A DNA stretch of 10,353 nucleotides from Paraspadella gotoi. Taxonomy: Eukaryota > Animalia > Chaetognatha. This document shows, in pieces, positions 1 to 8,191 of the stretch; position 1 is the first letter of the stretch; each line of letters opens with the position of its first letter. Both the position numbers and the translations under genes were made by a program. The notes under the pieces were generated by a model. It was not told where the DNA came from. It made no database searches and saw nothing but the letters and a program-made list of their open reading frames with translations. Where the stretch lies: assembly GCA_051294375.1 (NCBI GenBank), contig JBJCIZ010000184.1:1-10353 (forward strand). The letters run 5' to 3'.

Positions 1-22
1 AACCTTTTTTTTCTTTTTAAAG

Positions 23-67
23 AAACACCCAAAAAAGAAAGTTGGAAAAACAATGACGGTAGCCAAG
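23..67 (+). CDS. Microexon 1, 45 nt, phase 1-1, (E)TPKKESWKNNDGSQ
   Basis: Polypyrimidine+AAAG acceptor (21-22), CAAG|GTACTC donor, open frame, paralogous to the next exons. Confidence 0.85.
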
Positions 68-3000
68 GTACTCTTCAAAAACTCCTTAAAAATATGTCAC
101 TTGCCATAAATTTAAACATAAGAATATTTTATTATTTTAATATAAATTTGTGACGAGTGAATATCTTTTCTACACTTTATTTTCTTTTTAAAGAAACACC
201 GCCAAAAGACAGGTGGAACAAAGATGACGGTAGCCAAGGTACTCGTTAAAAACTTTATAGAAAATCCATACCTTGCACTATATATTTATTATTTTTTAAA
301 TTTATCCAAGTTTTGCCAAATAAAATCTTTTTAATTTTTTTTTTAATTTTCAAAGATACAGTCCAAAAAGGAAGATGGAAAAATGAAGGCGGTAGCCAAG
401 GTACACTTCAAAAAGCTTCATAGAAAATATATAATTCGCAATTAATTTAAACATAAAAATATTTTTTATTCTTTTTTTGTCTTTGAATTTCCCTCTTGAA
501 GGAAGACCTGATAATACGAAATCTAGTAATAATGACAGTAGCCAAGGTAGTTTTTTTAAACTTAAACTTCAGTAGATTAGTTGTTATATTTTTATATAGA
601 AAAGCAAAAAGACATTTTCTATCTCTTTCACGTTTGCTTTCCTACCACTAATAAAGAAAAACCACCTAAAGAAAAAACTCCGAAAGACAGATGGAAGAAC
701 AGTGACAACGGTAATTTTCAGAAGCATTTTGACATTAAAATATATACTATAACCTATGACAAAATACCTGATAAAAAGAAATCAAGTAGTGACTTTAGTA
801 GGCAAGGTAGTGTTTTTTGACATTGTGTTGGTAGTTCTTAAACCTCTTGGAAAAAATTAAAGATAGAATTTTAGTTGATTTTTAATTTGTATTTTTGGTC
901 GCTTAATTGAATTTTTTTTTTTTTACTGTCTTAGGTTCATCGTCTTTGTCTAATCCGAAAGGTACCTAATACCTATAAAAGTTGATAAATTTTAAATTTT
1001 TTAGCATAAATTTCATAGATTCATCGCTAAGTCCTTATGAAGGTAAGGCAATGATATACACATGTGTGTAAAAGAAATTTTAAACTTTGAACCCCCTACT
1101 ATCTCGCTTGTCTGTCGTCCTATGAAGTAAACTTGGATTTATTTCAAAGCCAAGTCAAAAATCTTTCATTTGATCCCATGACGAGGTTTCTATGCCTAAT
1201 ATTATAAAAGCTATGCTAAAAATCAAGCAGTTTTTACGAGCTCATCCTTATCCTCGTCCTCTTTTCATAGAGGATAGAGCTACTCAGCCTAAAGCTACCC
1301 AAAAATATTATGAGGAAAATGGGATCAAGGTGCTCGCCAGACTGCAACATCATTAAAAATGTCTGGTCAATGAGGGTCAATGAGGGAGATTTCGCAGTAC
1401 AATAACACAATAATCTATGAAATAAACAGAATCGTAAAGCGCGTTTGGCAGGAGCTGAACCCTTCCTATTTGCGCAGTCTCTATGACTCTCTCTCTCTCC
1501 CTTATCGTTAGAAGCAAATGGTAGTCTGACAAAGTATTATGTTAACTGAATCCTAAAAAGTATTGGTTTCCTTCAAAAAGTTAAATAAAAGGCTTTTTTT
1601 TGCACACATGTGCACTTAAGCTTATCTATTTATTTTAAATTCTTAACTTTCTTATTCTATTTAGCGAAAATTTGAATTATCTACCATAAAATTCATATCA
1701 TGTTAAAATATTTTTAAATTTTTTTAGATTGCTCCTCATCTCTGCAAGGTAAAACCTTTTTTTACTTTAAAATATAGAATCAAGATTTAGATAACTCTTT
1801 GACATTCTCTCCTTTTAATCAAGGATTATCAAAGTATGGATGGCGGAAGATTACTTTTATATTATCAATCAAGGTAACTGTATTAATTCCATTTTTAGTT
1901 TAGTTTTTTATTTTATTAAAGTTTTTATTTATATAATTTAGCTTTTAAACTCTAGTCGCCTCAATTTAATTTCCGGAAATTTTTATTCATGACGCCTGTG
2001 TCGTACCTCGTATAATATTTTTACAAATAATGAGGTGTTCGCAATCAGACTTAGCGTGGAGTCAGTCCCCTTAAAGAAAAATGGAAACAAAACTGATTTC
2101 TAAACAAAACAAAATAAAAAAACCTTAACTTTTGTTGCTATTTTGTTTCTCGTGTCTTCAGAGGAGTGCGACTGCAACCGCAAGGGGGAGAAGGTGGAAG
2201 GATTGAAGGACGGAAAAGGATGCGGGAAAAACTTTAGAAAAGGTTCCTTTGTCAAATATCAACTCAAAGGGAAATTGTGCGAATCGTTGAAAAAAGGAGA
2301 GAATCAAATCGAACTCAGTTTCAGGTAAAGAAAAGGAAGCCAAACTAATGAGAGTACTTCGGCCACTTTCTTTCCTAAAGCGGCCCCATTCTGTTGGATC
2401 GGTAAATTACCCTAAACTTAACATTTAATCTCTTTTTTCTTTTTATTTTAAGCGAATGGAAACACCATGGCCCGACCAATCTTTAGATATTCTCATCTTT
2501 TACAGATCCTCTAAAGATTATTTAGACCTCCTCCTTAAATGCCCTGATCATTCCTTCGCTTATTTGAAAGCTCTTCTGATACAAACTGTAGGACCAATTG
2601 CCATGGACTCTTTTAAACTCAGCCAGCTCGGCGATCACCCACGGAACGCGAAAATTCTTTTCCACGCGACGTCGAAAAAAAAATTCTCATCGAGGTATAT
2701 GTCCATACGAAATTATTCAGAAGCAAACTCGTCTGCTTTCTACAAATTTGGGCGAGGCGAAGCAGGTGAGGGAAAAGCGAAAAATATTTATTATTAAAGT
2801 TGTTAATAAATGTTAGGTTAATAAAAAACTAAAAGGTATGCGGCGAAACGCGATTTCTTATTAGTAACTTTAAACAGTTAATTAGCTTAAATTACGGTGA
2901 GAGTGAAGTGACGTGAGTACTGTAATAGAGTAGCCAGTCTTGTTCATTAAATTATTCGTTTCTTAGATCTCTCACCAAACAACTGGAGTCTTTTCATCTA

Positions 3001-5590
3001 ACTCATATTATTGTAAATCAACCGAGCGACTACAGTTTTGTCATTAAATTACAGATTCTTAGAATTACGCGTTCACGATTAAATATACATCTTTAAATTT
3101 TTACACAATTACACATACACTCAGACTTCTATCACGCAGACCATAAGGTCAAGAACTCTTACTTATATACATCTTCCATAATCTCGAATGTGTATTTTTT
3201 TATAAGCACAAAGCATGCTGAAGTGACCCATCAAAATATACCGAACTTTCAAATTCAATACTCATTACTAGATGTATTCTTAATTCTAATATTCATTCAC
3301 ATTTCCAACCCTTTTTTTTCCGCCAGCGTCTGGAAACTTGGACGAGGCGTGAACGTGGCGGACGGTGAATGGTCAATCACACCCTGACCCTCTCAGTGGG
3401 CGTTACGACTGCGTCCGCCGGAGTCTACGATGGCCATCGACGAGCGGCGAGGCGAAATTTTGACTGTAAGATGCTTCCGATGCTCGAACGCTCACGCCGA
3501 GATAGAGATCGACTTGTGAAAAATTTATTTGGCGGCGCAAAGTGGATTCGTGGGGAAACTCGGCCGATGGTCATTCCAAAGGATTACAAAAGATGGTTCA
3601 GTTGAGAAGAGGGAGATAAGATAGTTAGGTGGCCTGCCCGATGCTGGCCTGGTCGCATTGGGTTACATCCGAATTTGGGCTCTATTGTCAGGTTGCCGAT
3701 CTTGCATCATCGACTATGTCGCATCACAGGGAGAATTGGGAGCAAGCTGAGAATGTCTTGTTTAGCCACATATTTGAAAATGGCGGAACTAGAAATGAAT
3801 AAAGATTGATCGAGAACACTGTTCCAGCTGAGGGCGAAGTTGAAATGGTCTTTCATGTGGAATTTGGATTGATTCTATAAAACTCACTCACTGATTATAT
3901 TCACATCACAGGATGTTTAAAGAACTCCGTCCAATCCGTTCGAATCCAGACTCAATACACTCTGAGCCACCTATTGCATCGCACAATACTTACGACCCTG
4001 TATCGCCCGAATTGCCGGATACGGTACGCCCTTACGACGGCTACCCACATGAAGACGAGGCGGTTGCCCGCTTGCTTCCCTACCGCCATCGAGCAATGGT
4101 GATATAGAATGTTTATATATATAATAATTCAATAATATAAATAAAATATTTCAAAATATGCGTGCAACTATGTTTCGATAAAAAGCCTTTTTAAACCGAA
4201 CTTGCAAATCGAGATTTTTGCGTTCTCTCTATCATCCCCACGGCAGACCTGCATTCCACCTGGCGCGGATCTCCTGCGGCTGCATAATGGCCTTACATCC
4301 GCTTTCCCGAAACCAAACATCCACAAATGCGTGCTCGATCCCTGCGAACCTCACCCTTTGCCACAACGGCAAGTGCGTCCGTCAGCTGGCGAGGCGATAT
4401 TATTGCGACTGCTACACCACTGGGTATAATGATTTTAGCGATACTAATGTTGGGCGCAGCCGCAGCGGAAGGATGAGAATGCATGCGTGTTGTTTAATGC
4501 TGTTGATCGCTGCTTCGTTTCTGTCCCGTCTGACGGAGAAGCTATATTTGTTCTCTTTGAGCAATTTTTAGAAAATAATTTAAAGCCAATTTTTCTTCTA
4601 CTTTCTTTTCGTGGACCAAAAAAAAAAAGAGTGCTCTACGTAGTTAGTCAGGAGTTGTGACGAGACTCAACGAGTTCGCTTATCTGGCACAGATTTCGCT
4701 AATTTGTTTATATATATTTAGATAAATTTTTATAAACATTACAAACGTTATATTTCGGTGTTTATAAATTAGTGTTTATTATCATGGTATTGTATCGTTA
4801 CCGGCGGTTTGTCTACTTGACGCTTTTTTTTTTTTTTATCCCGAGAGAATAGAAATATAATTTGGACTAGAATTGAAATAAAAAAAGGTGACTGGTAAAA
4901 GTTTTTGGAAGAAAAGACATTCGTATTCAGGGAAAGGTAATAAAATAATGGCGGCCGTAACAGTTTTAACACGTTAAAACGGTGATTGCTTTCCTCCGTA
5001 CGTTTGAGCGCTTTAATATTATCTCCTTATATTATATTATTTCCTTTCTTTTTCGTTGTATTTAATTAGTATTAATTAGTAATCTCCATAAAAAGTTGTT
5101 GTTTTTTTTGCTATTGAGCGGATTTACAGTTTTCGAAATCGAGCTTCGATTCGAAGTCAGTTTCCCTACTTAGAACAACTCCCTCCATTCCCGCAGATAC
5201 AAAGGACCTCAGTGCACTGAAGAGCTGATCGAAGTCGTGACTTACCTCGACTGGTGGGTTCTCGGCGCCGTCGTGCTGTGCGCGGCTTTGGCTGCGCTGC
5301 TGGTACTGCTGGTTCCCATCGCCACTCATTTCCAGGTGACGTTCGTGTTGAAAAGTAATTGTAAGTCAATTGATTATTAATTTCATATATTTATATTTAT
5401 TTATGCTTATTTTAAAGACTGTCGTGCTCGGCGGAGGCGGCGGAGTCGTCAAAGTCGCCGAGGGCGGTTTCATTGCCGGCGGCGGCGGCGGTGGCGGCGG
5501 TGGCGGCGGCGGCGGCGGCGGCGCGGCGCAAGGACTCAAGAGCGACACTCAAACGCTCATTACTCAAAACTACAACGACGACCCTGACAA

Positions 5591-5621
<31 letters not shown>

Positions 5622-6145
5622 GACGGACGAAAAGGAAACAAGAAATTGCAGAGCGCCAACAAGGCCAAGGTCAACGCCAAGGCCGCAGCGGCCGCTAACG
5701 CCAATGTCAGCGCCAACGCAGCCGTGGCAGCTAACGTCAGCGTCAACGTCATGGCCGGAGCAGCGGCCAATGGCAGGGCCGTCTAGCCGCGGCCCGCTGG
5801 CCGCCAAAGCCATCGCCAACGGCGGCGCCAAGAGCGGAAAGGCCAAGGCCATTCAGGATGCAAAGAAAGCCAAAGAGGAGGAGAGAAAAAGAGAGTGAGT
5901 TTGAGTGGGGAAAGGCCAAGCGTGGTTTGGGGGGAAAGGCCAGGCCATTTAGGATGCCAAGAAAGCCAAGGAGGAGAAGAAAAAGAAGAGTGAGTTTGTT
6001 GTAGGGAAAGGCCAAGCGTGGTTGGGGGAAAGACCAAACAGAATGTTGGGAAAGCCAAAAGGCCTTTGGGAAGGCCAGCAAAGTTTGATTAAAGCAGCAG
6101 AGTGGGAGAAAGAAAAGCTCTAGCATTGATGGTATATAGAATATG

Positions 6146-6207
<62 letters not shown>

Positions 6208-8109
6208 CTTCCCTCTCTCTCCCCATTCTCTGCNNNNNNNNNNNNNNNNNNNNNNNNNTATTTAAAAAAAGAAATTAAAAAAATATTACCTAATTTACCC
6301 TAACCCTAAACCCTCTTAACCCTAACTACCCCTAGAACCCTAAACCACCCCTAAACTACCCTTAACCCTAACCCCTTCTTATGACTATGATATCAATGAA
6401 TTTTCTTTGTTCCGTCAACCGAAATGCTAACTTAAGACTTTTGTAGTTTCATTAGCTAATCCTTTATTTTTTATAATTTTAAAGGAATGTTTGAGCAAAA
6501 ACAGTAGAGAACAAAAAATGATGATATATTTGGAGACAAAATCTGGATTAAACTTGATATTATTCTTATATGACGTAAAGTTATTTTTTCGTTAGTGCTT
6601 GAAAAGATGGCTAAACCCACAGAATCGAATCAGTGCATGACCTCTGTATATTTATTTGCCCTTATACAGTAAATACCGCAAAATAAAAAAAATTCAAGGG
6701 AAATTAGACTAACCACGGTCTTATTTTCATTATTTTTTTGTCAAAACCTTTATGGATTTTCTTTGTTCCGGCTGCGTTGGATAGCCCATCACTGCAGGTT
6801 TCAGAAATGCATCCATGGTTTTGTATATTTACTGCGCTACTGGTGCAAAATCTGCTAGGAACCAAAGATATCAGAAACCGCTTGCTTCTTTCGGGATTTT
6901 TTTTCTACGCGCGGAACGACATACCATTTAGTCCCATTGTAATCGTATAACTCTAAACATCCAAAATACAAAATTAATATTCAGAAATGGAAAAAAATAT
7001 ATAAGATATCTAATATCAAAAACCCTATTCAACGTACATAAAATTTTAAAATTAATCACGGAAAAACGACGCTGATGCAGGTAATTAGGTAAACAATACG
7101 AAATTTGTCAAAGATAAAAAATGCCTATGCGATGATATATTGTTTTTTTCTAATAATACTAAAAATGATATTAATTTTAACTATTTGGTTTTTTCTGGAA
7201 AAGAAAGGAAAGAAGCAATTTAATATCGTCGAAAGAAAAGCCAAATGCAAAATGAGAGTGATGATGGATTTGTGCACAAAATAGATTGTTCGAGAATGAC
7301 AATTTTATTATTTGGTTAATATTCTCTTCAAAAGAAGCCATTACGAAGAAAACCCAGAGGGAAATAATCCGATCGCCAGTTATCATTCGAAGCGATTCGC
7401 TCAACAAAAGATCGCGAGCACAGCCGCATGACATCGAGGCTCCCTCGGAGCCGTGCACGCGCAAACAAAGAAACTAAGATTTCCCGGCAAAATCAATACG
7501 GCGCCACGAGCATAAACAAAGAATCTTAAGCGGATTTATTCCTGGAAAAAATCACTGATTTGAATTTTACTCTTTGATTTAATATTAATTGTTTAAAATT
7601 TTTTCCGCGCTCCCCTAAAAAGAAAGCTCAACACCATCTACTGCTGATAAACTCGAAATCCTCTATCTCATAGGGCACGAGGGTATAAATACAACTGAAA
7701 AAACCAGTTTATTTGATTGCTTAATAAGCAAGCATAGGCGTGGCAAGAATTTACACATGTCATGTATATCGAATTGAAGCCAGACAGTGGTCTATCATTA
7801 TCTGCATCCATATTACCTTTGTTGTAATTAAGAGATACGACAGTAGGGAAAAGAAGGACATTTAAAAAAAGGCACAAAACAGTCCTCTTTATTGCACTTT
7901 TAAATATTAAAATGTCAAAAAGATTGCTCGCAGCTCCCCCAGTTGTCTTCCAAGACCCTACGCTTTCGAAATATGCCCAATATTGCGCCACACTTTGTAT
8001 TGGTCTTGACTATATACTTTTGATGAAACTATTTTTTAACGGAAAATCGACGAAAATCTGATTACCTCGAGCGGAAGTTCTGCTAGCATTGATGGTATAT
8101 TAGAATATG

Positions 8110-8191
<82 letters not shown>

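Noticed and set aside
1-810. CRISPR-like repeat/spacer array (GGTAGCCAAGGTA repeats)
   Set aside because: Repeats are degenerate, bounded by AG/GT and coding; 'spacers' are homologous AT-rich introns; eukaryotic context and no cas genes
4729-4768. Hairpin tttataaaca...tgtttataaa
   Set aside because: 10-bp AT-rich arms are expected by chance in this composition
2162-5335. Assigning a gene symbol (Nrx-1, Nrx-IV, CadN, crb)
   Set aside because: Only one LamG-EGF unit, no cadherin repeats and no diagnostic cytoplasmic motifs visible; orthology cannot be supported
5366-6126. Minus-strand ORFs (poly-Pro, poly-Val/Ala) and the Thr/Ala-rich part of the + ORF 5473-5898
   Set aside because: Shadow frames of the GC-rich triplet-repeat exon; splice phase from the TM exon selects the Gly/Asp frame
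7177-7991. ORFs 7177-7464, 7286-7477, 7668-7991
   Set aside because: No recognisable motifs or splice support; possibly decayed repeat sequence, but not identifiable by eye
8050-8086. Helitron 3' end (CTAG)
   Set aside because: No convincing subterminal hairpin; CTAG is also present in the other duplicate copy
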